A DNA stretch of 64,000 nucleotides. Origin: Octopus sinensis (taxonomy: Eukaryota). Position 1 is the first letter of the stretch. Each line of letters starts with the position of its first letter. The position numbers and the translations under genes are program-made. The notes beneath the pieces were generated by a model. It saw nothing but the letters and a program-made list of their open reading frames with translations, had not been told where the DNA came from and ran no database searches. Location of the stretch: contig NC_043002.1 in NCBI RefSeq assembly GCF_006345805.1, positions 88,226,001-88,290,000 of the forward strand. The letters run 5' to 3'. Positions 39,277 to 53,235 of this stretch are shown in pieces.

Positions 39277-39617
39277 CACAGGAGTGGCTGTGTGGTAAGT
39301 AGCTTGCTTACCAACCACATGGTTCCGGGTTCAGTTCCACTGCATGGCACCTTGGGCAAGTGACTTCTACTATAGCCTCGGGCCAACCAAAGCCTTGTGA
39401 GTGGATTTGGTAGACAGAAACTGAAAGAAGCCTGTCGTATATATGTGTGTATGTTTGTCCCCAACCAACGCTTGACATCTGATGCTGGTGTGTTTACATC
39501 CCTGTAACTTAGAAGTTCAACAAAAGAGATTGATAGAGTAAGTCCTAGGGTTGATTTGTTCGACTAAATGTGGTGCTCCAGCATGGCCACTGTTAAATGA
39601 CAAACAAATAAAAGAAG
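39277..39617 (+). mobile_element. SINE family B copy (UGCG intron 8), inverted relative to 38494-38957
   Basis: Same family sequence. Confidence 0.88.
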
Positions 39618-40180
39618 AATCATATCACAGTTTCTCTCAAATGCCAATTCTACTTATGAAACATTGGTTGACCTGAAGCTAAAATAATATATACTTGCCC
39701 AGAGTGTAATGAAGAGAAATAGAATTTGAAAATGTATAACTATGGAGAAAAATCTGTATCCACACAGTCATGTGTCTATACACTTTTATACATTTTGCAT
39801 TCCAAATTTAATAAGAAAAAGTATTGAGAATTAAGGTAAATAAAAATTGTTTTATCTTGATACAGTCTGAATAAATAAATTATCACTAACATTCATCCAT
39901 TCTCCTTGCTGGAATGGGTTGGATGGGTCACATGGTTAGGAGATAGTACATATTTTTAGACAGATCAGAGGACCTCGTCTTCCTCATGTTTCATTTTTTT
40001 GGTTGGGTTTCTACAGTTGGACATCCTATCATCAGACTGTCATCTTGGCCACCATGTTTTAGATACACACACCTATCTCACAGTACTGAGCACCTATATT
40101 ATTTCCTATTACATATTTTTAAATATTTATTCCCCAATTGCAACAATTTTGATAAATAAAAGCAAACCAAATATACTTAC

Positions 40181-40370
40181 TTCAACAATCTGCATGAGTA
40201 TATAATCCAGAAGAAACCAAACTAAAACATGTAAAAGGAAAAAGGCCAGAGGACTAATGTCAAACATGTACTCAACAGCTAGAGAAGCTAGTACACCTAA
40301 CATCATACATTCTGACAGGGGTTCAAAAATGATGAACATTGGGATCATAGAAGTCCGCAACTGAGACCAC
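40181..40370 (-). CDS. UGCG: Ceramide glucosyltransferase, exon 8 (190 nt, phase 2-0)
   Basis: poly-T-tag acceptor and gtaagt donor; (R)WSQLRTSMIPMFIIFEPLSECMMLGVLASLAVEYMFDISPLAFFLLHVLVWFLLDYILMQIVE. Confidence 0.97.
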
Positions 40371-41493
40371 CTAAAAAAAAAAAAAAAAAAAAAAAAGATT
40401 AAAAAATAAATCATAAGAATAAAACTTGAAAAATAAATTCTGAATTAAAAATATAACATTTCTCAAAGTTATGCATAGTGAGCTCAAACTTAGAACAATG
40501 TAGTTGCAACGTAAACTTCTTAACCATACAGAAAATAAATTCAGTAATTTTTGTTGCTTATATTTCTTTTGCAATTACTAATTTCCCCATTTTACTGAAT
40601 CTAGGGGAACAAATTCAATTATCAGATGCACTAAGTGTCATACATTACTGCAATCACATGAAACTGACATAACAGATGTACCGTTGGTGAAGAGCTGGCT
40701 ATGATCCCTTTGTCTATCTTGTATATCATGTAATACATAGGACATATATCCCTGGTGTCCATGCATTGTATATGAGACATTCCTAATTTTTCTCAACCAC
40801 CAAAATTTTTCTGTAAATTACTCAAAATGTATGAAACACATTAACATTTTAGGACAATCTTATGAAAATACTTTGGACAGGCAAAGAGTTAACTTGCTCC
40901 TTAACTCAATCACTTTCAGCCAGCATTCAGGTTATCCCAAGTATCTAAAATGCCACATTGTAGCACTCAATATCAAATAATAATAAATTGCAGATCTAAT
41001 TATTAAATAACAAAATGAGATACCTAATGATGATTGAAGTATTACACAATTGACATTCTGAGAGGCAAAGGATGTCTCCAACATCTAAAGTCATTTCAAA
41101 TCAGTAAGATACATGGTAGGAGAGAGCATTGGCTTAAGCTTATTAAAAGTATTTAATTATATCCCTCTATATTCTGAGGTCTGCTGTCATGTATCTCTCC
41201 AAGTTGTGTACTGAGAATCAATTCAATTAATTACATCTATTCCTTTTCAAATTTGTGGCCCAGTACCAAAGAAGAAAAACAAATCAATTTTTAGAACTAT
41301 TGTGATCAAGCAACTTCAGTAATTTATGCTAATATTGAAAATGTTCCCTTGTGAGGTAAAAAAAAAAACATAGGTTTTAAAAAATATTAAAATATTTCAA
41401 AAATTAATGTTATTGCTAGAAGATAAATTTTCATGGTATTTTAGCGAAACAATATAGATCTCAAAATCTAACACAGATAAACAAACAAAAATA

Positions 41494-42745
41494 TCAGGTC
41501 GTCCCATAAGTTGTCTGATTTTACCTTTTTTAAAACCAAATGAAATTTAATAGTATTTTAGAATGTCTAATGGAATTAAAAATTATTTTTATGCATTTGT
41601 GTACATTGAAACTAATTAAATATTATTTTACAGAATAATAGAATTAAAATTTCTTCTTTGATTAAAACCCTTTCTAACATGGAAGTATCCAAAGAGCATT
41701 TGTGGCACATAATGCTTTATGAGTACAAAAAAGGTAACTCTGCAGCCAAAGCAACTCGAAACATACACTCAGTTTATGGGGAAAGAATGCTTGAATGATA
41801 GAACTTGCAGAAGATGGTTTGCAAAATTCAAAAGTGGAGATTTCAATCTTGAAGATGAAGATTGAACAGAACATACAGTTGAGTTTGATGATAAGCTCCT
41901 TGAGGCATTACTTGAAGAAAATCCTGAATTATCAGTTGAAGAATTGGCAATAAAGCTTAGTTCAAACCATACATTTGTTCATCGTCATCAACTTGGAAAG
42001 GTTCCTAAACTTGGAAAATGGGTGCCTCATGAATTGTCCGAAAGCAACCGCAAATCCCGAGTTGACATCTGCTCTTCTCTCCATTCTCGCGAACTCATTT
42101 CACCCTTTTTGGATAGACTTGTGACTGGTGACGAAAAATGGATCTTCTATCGAAATGTTAAATGTCGTAAACAGTGGTTTGGTAAAAGGGAAAAAGCTGA
42201 ACCACAACCGAGAAGGGAACTTCAAGGAAAAAAAGTTCTTCTCTATCCGGTGGTATTGCAAAGGAGTAATTCACTTTGAATTGCTACCACCTAATACAAC
42301 AATCAATGCTCAAGTCTACTGTCAGCAATTAGAGCGTTTGAACCAAACTTTGAAGAAAAAAAGACCCACTTTAGTGAATCGAAAAGGAGTGATGTTTCAT
42401 CAGGACAATGCGTGACCCCACACTGCAAAGATCACATCACAGAAGATCGAAGAGCTTGGTTGGGAAAAATTCTTCATCCATCTTATTCTCCCGACCTTGC
42501 TCCTTCAGACTACCTTCATAGTTTACAGAATCATTTGGGGGACATAACTTTTGCAAACCAGGAGGAGGTTGAAACTGACATTTCAGAGTTCTTTGCTTTG
42601 AAACCAAAAGAGTTTTACATTGATGGGATTAAAAAGCTTGTAAATAGATGGAAGGAAGTCATAGATAATCAGGGAAAGTACATTGTTGATTAGATTTCAA
42701 TTAAATAAAACATTTGATCACTTGTTTTCTTATGGGATGACCTGA
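41494..42745 (+). mobile_element. Full-length (1252 bp) mariner element with pseudogenised DD34D transposase (41679-42693)
   Basis: TA TSDs, TIR TCAGGTC(G/A)TCCCATAAG, motifs WVPHEL, LVTGDEKW, FHQDNA and YSPDLAPSDY; several frameshifts and stops. Confidence 0.93.
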
Positions 42746-42783
42746 TACTTCTCTCAATAAATTAACAACAAAATATTACAAAC

Positions 42784-42870
42784 CTGATTAAACGTTTATG
42801 AAATTCTCCAATTGAATATGTTCCACAGTTTTGCATACCAGGTTCACTGCAGATAACAGTTTGATAGCCT
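42784..42870 (-). CDS. UGCG: Ceramide glucosyltransferase, exon 7 (87 nt, phase 2-2)
   Basis: ttctag acceptor and gtttgt donor; (K)GYQTVICSEPGMQNCGTYSIGEFHKRLI(R), supplying the RxxR of the (Q/R)xxRW motif. Too short for the ORF track. Confidence 0.95.
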
Positions 42871-43951
42871 CTAGAAATGTAAAATCACATAATATTGATA
42901 TAGCACAATGAAATTTATTGAAAAAAAAAAAAAAAAGAGTTTAAGTACCCACAGCAATTCTCAATACACTATCCTATGTATCTGTAATTGGACAAGTTAA
43001 TAACTGGACTGTTTTATTTTAAGCAACCTGTGTTTTATCAACAAATAAGGTCATCAAAGGAGCCTCCTACTCTCTCTCTCTCTCTAGTTGTTTGACATGT
43101 TAGAAATAGCAATCAAATCTCCCTCAATTCACAGAGAAAAGAACACATTGAATAATGTGGTTCCAGGTTCTCTATACAGAAAAAAAACATGGGATGGCCA
43201 TGATTAGAATGCTTTTAATTCCAGGTCTACTCTCTCATGGTTGAGTTGGAGCTAAACAAGAATAAACTAACAATATGCAAGAGAAGGATCTTTAGCACAA
43301 ATATCTCACTGTTATGGATACAAGCAATGCAGCTGCCTCCATATTAATCAAAATAACCATTAACAAAGTTTGTTTCTGACTGACAGTCAATCTACTAATT
43401 ATGTGTGCCAACAATTACGATATTTAAAACAGAAAAATATTAGGATAAAAGAAAGTTAATAATAACCCAAGTAATTAATGATTTTTTTTTTTAGTATTGT
43501 TGTAAATGTTGCATATTTAGAGTGTTACAACAATTGTAGTGAAGAAACAAAGATATTTTTTTCAAGCATCTTAATGGCACTGTTCTTAGGGTTGTATCAA
43601 CTTTTGAGAAATAAAAGGATATAGCATAAAAGTATTAAATAAGGCTTTGCATAAATATGAGGGAGAGGAAAGAGAGGGATACCAGTTAAGGCTTACACAT
43701 TAAGATAATGGCCAATAAAGGAACAAAGGTACAACATTAAATAAATTTAATGTCTGTCTTTCTTTCTCATATTTATCATATATATATGAGAGAAAGCAAT
43801 AGAGGAAGCCATTAAAATATGAATAAAGTATCAATTGCAAAATGTTAACATGTTTAACAGTTAATCACATGATGTAATTTCCAACAAAAAAAAAACGCTT
43901 CAAAGTTTCAAAAGGAAGATATATAATTAAAGAATTCTGAAGTGAACTTAC

Positions 43952-44130
43952 TTTTCTCGAATAGCTTCAGCAAAGAAATAATCCTCAGCAAGGTATTTGC
44001 CAAAAGCTGACATACCTCCTGCTTGATCAAGAAGCTCCTTTCTCATCAAACATGACATTCCAGTGGTACAGTTAATACCAACAAAATTGGCACTTAAATA
44101 ACATCGTGACTGCTGTGTTCCAAAGAACAC
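43952..44130 (-). CDS. UGCG: Ceramide glucosyltransferase, exon 6 (179 nt, phase 0-2)
   Basis: cattag acceptor and gtaagt donor; [59 protein letters not shown], with the catalytic AEDY motif. Confidence 0.97.
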
Positions 44131-44559
44131 CTAATGTATTAAGAAAAAAAAAAAAAAGAAATTCAAGTGAGAAAAATTATCAATTATATATATATTTTTT
44201 CTATGCATATATAAACTTCTCAAAGCAGTGAACACTTTCTTTTGGACAGGGAAAAGAAAATTAAACTTCAACACAAATATACAAATATATATACATATAT
44301 ATGCACACACACCTATTTGTACAATTCTTTATATATATATATTATATACATACACATGTGTATAATTCATTTATGCATATATATATATATATATTGGCCT
44401 GCCCGCTTAGCCAGCAGGGTGGCATCATTTGAAGGTTACAACAATGCGAAGCGCATTGTGACCAGCGATGTGTAGCAACATCTGATAGCTTGGTCGGTCA
44501 CAGCGATACACACACACATATATATACACACACACACACACACACTTATGTGTATAATT

Positions 44560-44600
<41 letters not shown>

Positions 44601-44688
44601 TATATATACACACACATACACACACACTTATGTGTATAATTCTTTTACATATATACATACATACACACCCACTTATGTATATAATTCT

Positions 44689-44743
<55 letters not shown>

Positions 44744-44746
<3 letters not shown>

Positions 44747-45477
44747 TATACATTAAATAGAAATAACATTGACTGATAACTTGTAAAACAAGATACACAT
44801 TATAAAGGTTTAACACACCTCCAATATACTTATGTATGCTACTTTCAACAAATAATGTTTTGAAGTAAAATCATTTGATTTGTTTTGTTCGCCATTCATC
44901 ACAAAAGAAATAACATATTTTGCATAGCTTAGCGATACATTTCAAAATAATAATGCACTTTACACACACATATACACAATATATATATACATACACACAC
45001 ACACACATATATATATATACAAAGACATATATATATACACACGTACATACACACACAATACATATACACGTACACACAATACATATACACGTACACACAC
45101 GCATAATACATATATACGTACACACAACACATATACACGTACACACAATACATACATGTACACACACACACAACATACACGTGCACACACACACAACATA
45201 CACGTGCACACACACACACCACACACACACAAATATACATTAAATAGAAATAACATTGACTGATAACTTGTAAAACAAGATACACATTAAAAGGTTTAAC
45301 ACACCTCCAATATACTTATGTATGCTACTTTCAACAAATAATGTTTTGAAGTAAAATCATTTGATTGTTTTGTTCGCCATTCATCACAAAAGAAATAACA
45401 TATTTTGCATAGCTTAGCGATACATTTCAAAATAATAATGCACTTTACACACACATATACACAATATATATATACAT

Positions 45478-45512
<35 letters not shown>

Positions 45513-45800
45513 CAAAGACATATATATATACACACGTACATACACACACAATACATAACACGTACACACAATACATACATGTACACACACACACACATAT
45601 ATATATACATACACACACACACACAACATACACGTACACACAATACATACATGTACACACACACACAACATACACGTGCACACACAAACATACACGTGCA
45701 CACACACACACACACAACATACACGTACATACACAATACACATACACGAACATACACACACAATACATATACACATACATACACACACAATACATAAACA
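44744..45800. repeat. Tandem duplication with ~487-bp period (unique core ~220 bp plus CA/TA minisatellite)
   Basis: 44744-44965 is repeated at 45231-45450 with only single-base indels. Confidence 0.9.
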
Positions 45801-45904
45801 ATTAAATATACACACACACACAGATACATACATACACACAAATATACACATACAAAATATATATATATGTATGTGTGTGTGTATATATAAATATATAATA
45901 AAGT

Positions 45905-47200
45905 ATTGGTGATCCCAAAACAAAGGTGCCCATGTATGTGAGAATGTGTGTAAGAGCTAGTGACTTTGACGTGTGGATGTGTAAATGTGTGCGTGGATGA
46001 CGGTGTGTAGGTGTGCGGATGATGGTGTGTGGTGTGGGTACTGGAAAGTGGTCAGTGCTAGTGCATGTAGAATGTTGTAGCGGGTGGGTGGAAGTAGCAT
46101 CAATGAAGACAGTAGGTGGGCAGGAGTGAAGAGAGGAAGCAGATGTCAGAGGAAGGGAGGAGGGGTGGTAAGAGTGAAGAGAGGAGTATGGGTTGAGCCC
46201 ATGTGGCGCAAAAGAACAAAGAGAGAAGATTAATTCCTGTTCACGTAAATGCAGGAGTCTGGATGGCCCTTGTGCAAAGACAATCCAAACACAGACAGGT
46301 TTTGTAGTGAATGACCAGTAGAGTAGAAATGGCACGAGACCAAGTCTGGTGTCTCGAAGGTGCTCTGCGAACCAGTCAGCTAAGCTGCATCCCATTTGAC
46401 TGATGTACAGAGAGGGGCAGAAAAAACAGATGCAGTAACTGACATTGCTAAAGTGCATAAAAAGGAGTCGGTGATATGATAAAGATGTGGTGGGTGCCTG
46501 TAAGGAAGGTGATGTTGGAGAGATAGGAGCAAGTGCAACAGCATGGGCAGGAGCAGGGAAACGAGTCAGGTTGGGAGATGAGGTTAGGGAAGAAAATGTG
46601 AACCAAGAGGTCACACAGGTTGTGGGCACATTTGAAGGAGGGAAGGGGTAGGTTGGGGAAGATGTGTTGAGTGGAGGGGTCAGACTGGAGTCACCGGAAG
46701 GCTTGGAAAATGGTGCGTTGGAGGGGCAGGGTGGAGGGGTGGTAAGTGAGGGGAAACAGGAGACAGGCAACAATGGGGCAGGTGTGGAGAGAGAGAGAAG
46801 AGGTATGGGCCATGGACATGTTCTGACAAGGGCTGTGTGGATATTGGTGAGGGATATCCACGAAGGATGAAGTGGTGAGCCATGAGTCCCAAAGTCATGG
46901 TTGTCACTGCAGAGCCTGTGCAGAGGGAAGAACTGGGAGTAGAAAATGGAGAGCTTGGTGTGGGTAGGGTGGAAGGAGAAGTTAAGGTATGAGTGTGAGT
47001 CAAGGTGTTTGTAGTGGATGGAGGTAGTGAGAGCGGAGTTATGTATGTTAACCGAAATGTCAAGAAATGCAACAGAAATGTTGGAAATAATGCAGGAGAA
47101 TTCAAGGGCAGGAAGTAAGGATTGGACAAAAGAGAGGAAGGAGTCAAGTTGTTCACAGGAGAGTGAGGTTGCACCAATACAATCATCAGTATAATGACCG
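45905..47200 (-). mobile_element. 5'-truncated Penelope-like retroelement (RT from YTDD to GIY-YIG endonuclease, plus 3' flank)
   Basis: GHYTDDCIGA...FLDISV...YK..DSHSYL..., then NVSYCI...CPSLYISQMG..LADWFAEHLRD and REQELIF.L....P.GLN; frameshifted. Ends approximate. Confidence 0.88.
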
Positions 47201-47204
47201 TATA

Positions 47205-48373
<1,169 letters not shown>

Positions 48374-49050
48374 CTAATTGACATCATATGAATAATCTAA
48401 AGCTACCAATAAAATGATGGTGTCTTTGTACATATATATTACCCTATAGTTTCTACCTTTACCCGTGCTGTGTCAGGTAAATAACACTTCATATGTTCTT
48501 CAGCTGCTGGAAATCCTACCTTCAATACTTTGGAAGTTTCACAAGGTAATAACTCTCCTATGCCTACATAATGTATTTGCCAGGACTATTGACTCCTGTT
48601 TCAATACTAATTAAATTCAACCATAACAAGGAATGTGTCTAGTGCAAATAATGAGCCATTAGTGTAATCAGATCGTCAGGCTATTTCCCTACCGATATAA
48701 TCTACTCTTGTGTACATATAGCATTAGCTCAGTGTTAATTTTCCTCATTCACACCTTTCAGTTGTATAGCTTAGAAAGTATTCAGTTTTATTTATTTTTC
48801 CCATTACCCCACTGATGTTGTTGAATTGTAGAAATTCTTGCCTTAACACTACTAACACAATTTCATGTACCTTTTTATTTTCTTTTTCAAATTTTTCATG
48901 TTCTATTTATTGAGTGATCTTAACTAAATCACTTGCCACCTGCCTTGAGACATCTCTACATGCTATCATAAAACATGCAGTTTCAAGAACAAAAATAAGA
49001 AAAATTGACTGAGGCAATTCAGAGAAAACTAATTTTCTAAATGAATTTAA

Positions 49051-49722
49051 CCCTTTAGCATTTAAACTAGATTATATCTGACCCAAATATCCTAGCTGTT
49101 CTATGTTTAAATTGGTCAGATACAGCCTCACACCTACACTACAATGTCATTTCAAAAATATACAATTACATCATTGAAATCTCAAAGCTACAAGATAATG
49201 CATGAGTGATTCAAAACAATTACATTTTAGAGAGTAATGGGTAAATAATAAATTTTATTTTTAATCTTATTGTACACAATTTCATCACAAATTAAAAACA
49301 AAACTCAGAACAGGAACCTCATAGAAATTTATAGCAAGCTGTAATCCATTAGTTCTAGTCATGGACATGAAACATCAGCAGAGGCTGGAGAGAAATGAGG
49401 CACACAAGGTCTGCTGGTTATGTAATGATAATTAATTAGCATGGAAAGTAAATTGCACACATTAAAGGCTTCAGCCGATATACATAGGTTGTGAGCAAAA
49501 GTGCTACGTGTTATTAGTTGAAGTTAGCTATCAAAAGTAATATTTATTTATTCACAATGATTTGGATTAGTCATGTAGTAGCTTTGATATTTCAATGATG
49601 TGATTGATTGTTTTTAGAATAACATTCTAGGGTAAGTGTGACTGATGACCAGATCAGGCCAGTTTGAAGATAAAACAAGTAAACTATTTTGGTTGAATAT
49701 AACTAGTTTAAATGTTAAAGGG
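49051..49722. mobile_element. 672-bp TTAA-flanked MITE (piggyBac-type termini)
   Basis: TTAA on both sides; 20-bp TIR CCCTTTA(G/A)CATTTAAACTAG (19/20 match). Confidence 0.7.
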
Positions 49723-50198
49723 TTAAAAAGAAACGAGGTAGCAAGGTCAGATCTCAGAATGATGGTTGTCCTAACAAGATGACAAATGATTGAGAGATGT
49801 AATATGCTATTTGGCAGTCCCCATTCCATGCAAAGAAAGAAAGTTATGATGATGATGCTGATGAACATAAATATAGATTCAGTGAGCATTTTTTTAAATT
49901 TTTTTTTTTTTTAAACCCATTAAATTTCACAACAACAACAGTGAATTTATAAAGAATTTAGTTCTGATTCCAGATGCCATTGGATACCAATATAGGTAAT
50001 AATGTTAAAGAAATCTGAAATCTATACAGTTGATTTAGAAGGTTCAATTTTACACACATCCTCACATCCTTCAATTAACTAATCTATTTAGAGGTGGTAA
50101 ATCTTTCTTAAAAAAATAGACCCTTAGCTATCATAATATTGTCACACACCTTAGGAGTAAGATGAGGATTCAAAAGAAAATTATGAAATAAATGTTAC

Positions 50199-50311
50199 CT
50201 TTTCATAAGCAGATGCAAACCCTTTCCGATTACAGCAATAGGGCATCTGATGTACTAAACCAACTTTCGGAGTGAGAGCACTCACCATATCAAGTAAGGT
50301 TTCAGGAGACA
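50199..50311 (-). CDS. UGCG: Ceramide glucosyltransferase, exon 5 (113 nt, phase 1-0)
   Basis: tttcag acceptor and gtaac donor; (M)SPETLLDMVSALTPKVGLVHQMPYCCNRKGFASAYEK. Confidence 0.96.
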
Positions 50312-50359
50312 CTGAAATAGATGACGATAATAATAATAATAAATAATAATAATAATAAT

Positions 50360-50565
50360 CCTTTCTCATAAAGAAAGGAGGCCTGAAATTTTGTGGGAGA
50401 GGACTAGTCGATTACATCGACCCCAGTGTTTCACTGGTACTTAATTTATCAACCCCGAAAGGATGAAAGGCAAAGTCAACCTCAGATGCAATTAAAATCA
50501 GAATGAAAGACAATCAAAATGCCACAATGCATTTTGTCTGGTATGCTAACCATTCTGCCGGCTCA
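50360..50565 (-). mobile_element. SINE family A copy within the short UGCG intron 4
   Basis: Same family sequence, flanked by (AAT)n. Confidence 0.8.
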
Positions 50566-50893
50566 CATGATGATGATAATAATAATAATAATAATATTCA
50601 TTAAACAAAAGAAAACAAGACTGTCTGTACATTATAAATGCTAATTCTGACTCGGCTACCGGGTGTCTTTTAATAGGTCAGCAGCTGTTGACTCAACAAC
50701 AATAGACACAAGTGACATAAAAAGTTAGCTAACAGATTGACACTTCAATTACTTTATTAACAAAAGACTTACGTAATGCAATATTCGTTACTTTATCACT
50801 ATCTCTGAAGTTATTGGTTTAATATTAAAATTTTTAGAGAAGTTGACACAGAAAACACCAACAAGAGAAGAGAACTGTAAAATATAAACTTAC

Positions 50894-50995
50894 TTCTCAT
50901 ACCGCTGTCATTGATAGCGATAAGATTGTACTTGGCATTGTCATAGGCAGCCACCATATTGTTGATCTTCCCGTTTGGACCCACATTTTTGGAAC
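50894..50995 (-). CDS. UGCG: Ceramide glucosyltransferase, exon 4 (102 nt, phase 1-1)
   Basis: tgtag acceptor and gtaagt donor; (C)SKNVGPNGKINNMVAAYDNAKYNLIAINDSGMR, with K124- and D144-equivalents conserved. Confidence 0.95.
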
Positions 50996-51120
50996 CTACA
51001 ATTCAAATTTTGGGGGAAAAAAATTCAAAACTACTAAAAAATTTTATTAAAAATTATCTTAATTATTAATTATGATTCTCAGAAACTTTGAATCTAAGTC
51101 CAATAGTAACAATATAAAAT

Positions 51121-51421
51121 CTTTACTCCTTTAATTTGTCATCAGACTACAGCCATGCTGAGATACTGCCAAGCATGGTTGCTTATCCTATTGATCTGTT
51201 TTTACTGAATTGTAAAGTTACAGGGACATAAACTCAGCAACACCTGTTGTCAAGTGGTGATGGACACACAAACACAAACATATGCAACGGGCTTCTTTCA
51301 AATCCCACTCACAAGGCTTGTCAGCCTGAGGCTATAGTAGACACCTGCCCAAGGTGTCATGCAATGGAACTGAACCTGGAACCATGTGGTTGGGAAGCAA
51401 ACTTCTTACCACACAGCCACA
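51121..51421 (-). mobile_element. Degenerate SINE family B copy (UGCG intron 3)
   Basis: Diverged head, core and tail. Confidence 0.7.
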
Positions 51422-52902
51422 CTTTAGTCTATTAACTAAATAACGGATAAGTGAAAATTTTTGTATAATTTTATTCAAGTTTTGATTTTACATTTTTCGT
51501 GTGTGTATGGGTGGGTGTGTAAAGAAGAGAACAGCTAAAATAAAACTACTTTTGTTGTGTCTGGGGAGAGTCATTTTCTTTGTGTGTCATCCCATTACAT
51601 ACTAAGTCAAAGAATAGCTAAAAAATGTTTATGACAGTATTACACAATATAGTCTAAATCACCATAAAGACTAGCTAAGAACATTTTATTGAAGGTCTAT
51701 AACCTAATATATATTAAGTCACCATAGAGAAACTTCTCAGAAGAAACTAAGAAGTTGAGGAAAACAGCCAATCTGGGCTCCTCCACCCACCTAAAATCAA
51801 TACAAAACTAAAATAGACATATTTCACTTTGTTTGGAATGGTGTAAACTTTTGCTGAATTTTCTCAAGAAGAGCTCCAAGTAGTCAATATCCTTTGTATG
51901 TCTGATTAAACATATTATGTAACTATTTAATATATCTACTTCTTGAAGAGAGTGTCTACATGATGACTCAACCAGCTAAAAATAGTCCAATCTTGTTCAT
52001 ACCACAAACAATGGAAAGACATACAGGGCAATGTTAGTGTATATAAAAGGACAGGTTGGTCATGTCTGAAATGCCTTTGATCATAGGTCTGCATGGTCAA
52101 GACTGACTTGGAGTTAAACAACTTCATAATATCACAAAAAAAATCTTCTGATGATACATTTTGGAGCTTGAATTAATTGAGCCAAGTGGGATGGGTTAGC
52201 ACATGTCCTAGGTCACACAGTACTTCTGGGTGGAGTGGAGGGTAACATTGGAATTTAGGTGAAGCAGAGACAGACAGACAGAATAGTTCCAGGTATACAT
52301 AGAGAAGACTACAAGTGAGATATAATGGGAGACTGAGAGACAGAGCTAAAGTACCACCATAGCACTGCACTAATTTACTGTCTGGAGAGAGAGAGATAAG
52401 AGTAGTGAAAGTTCTAAGTAGAATCACTATGCACAAGTCATTAAAAATAACCTCATAAAAGTTTCCAGTTATAGCTTTCACAATCAAATATACGATTACA
52501 GTGCTATGGATACAGATCAATGTTTTTCAATAAAACCAGCAGTATTACATTTATTTTTTTACATTTCCCTTTCCCTAAATTAGACTAGTTAATAAAACAT
52601 CCCATTCGGTTTAATGCAGTCAGTGAAATAATATTACCACCATTACACACCAAATCTGCATTTCTTTCTTGTAAACAACTATTAATTCCATTTCTACTTG
52701 GTTTCTTTTATTTCCCAATCTTCAAAAGTCTGTCTGCATTTATTTCTCAGTTTTGGTAAGTCTGCATCCACAAAGTCATCACTTGCAGTAGGTACTTAGA
52801 GCATCTGATGATTAGTAACTACACAAGCCTGATTACAGAGTTAATTTTCTTTTTTTAGAATCACAATGTATATTATACACACACACACACACACACAGAC
52901 AC

Positions 52903-53235
52903 GACTGTGTGGTTAGAAGTTTGCTTCCCAACCACATGGTTCCAGGTTCAGTCCCACTGCATGGAACCTAGGGCAAGCATCTTCTACTACAGCATTGGGC
53001 TAACCAAAGCCTTGTGAGTGGATTTAGTAAATGGAAACTGAAAGAAACCTGTCATGTGTGTGTGTGTGTGTCCCATCACTGCTTGACAACTGGTGTTGGT
53101 GTGTTTACATCCCCGTAACTTAACAATTTGGCAAAAAGAGACTGATAGAATAAGTACTAGGCTTAAAAACAAGTCCTTGAATCGATTTGTTCAACTAAAA
53201 CCTTTCAAGCATGGCCACAATCAAATGACTGAAAT
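52903..53235 (+). mobile_element. SINE family B copy (UGCG intron 3)
   Basis: Same family sequence. Confidence 0.8.
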
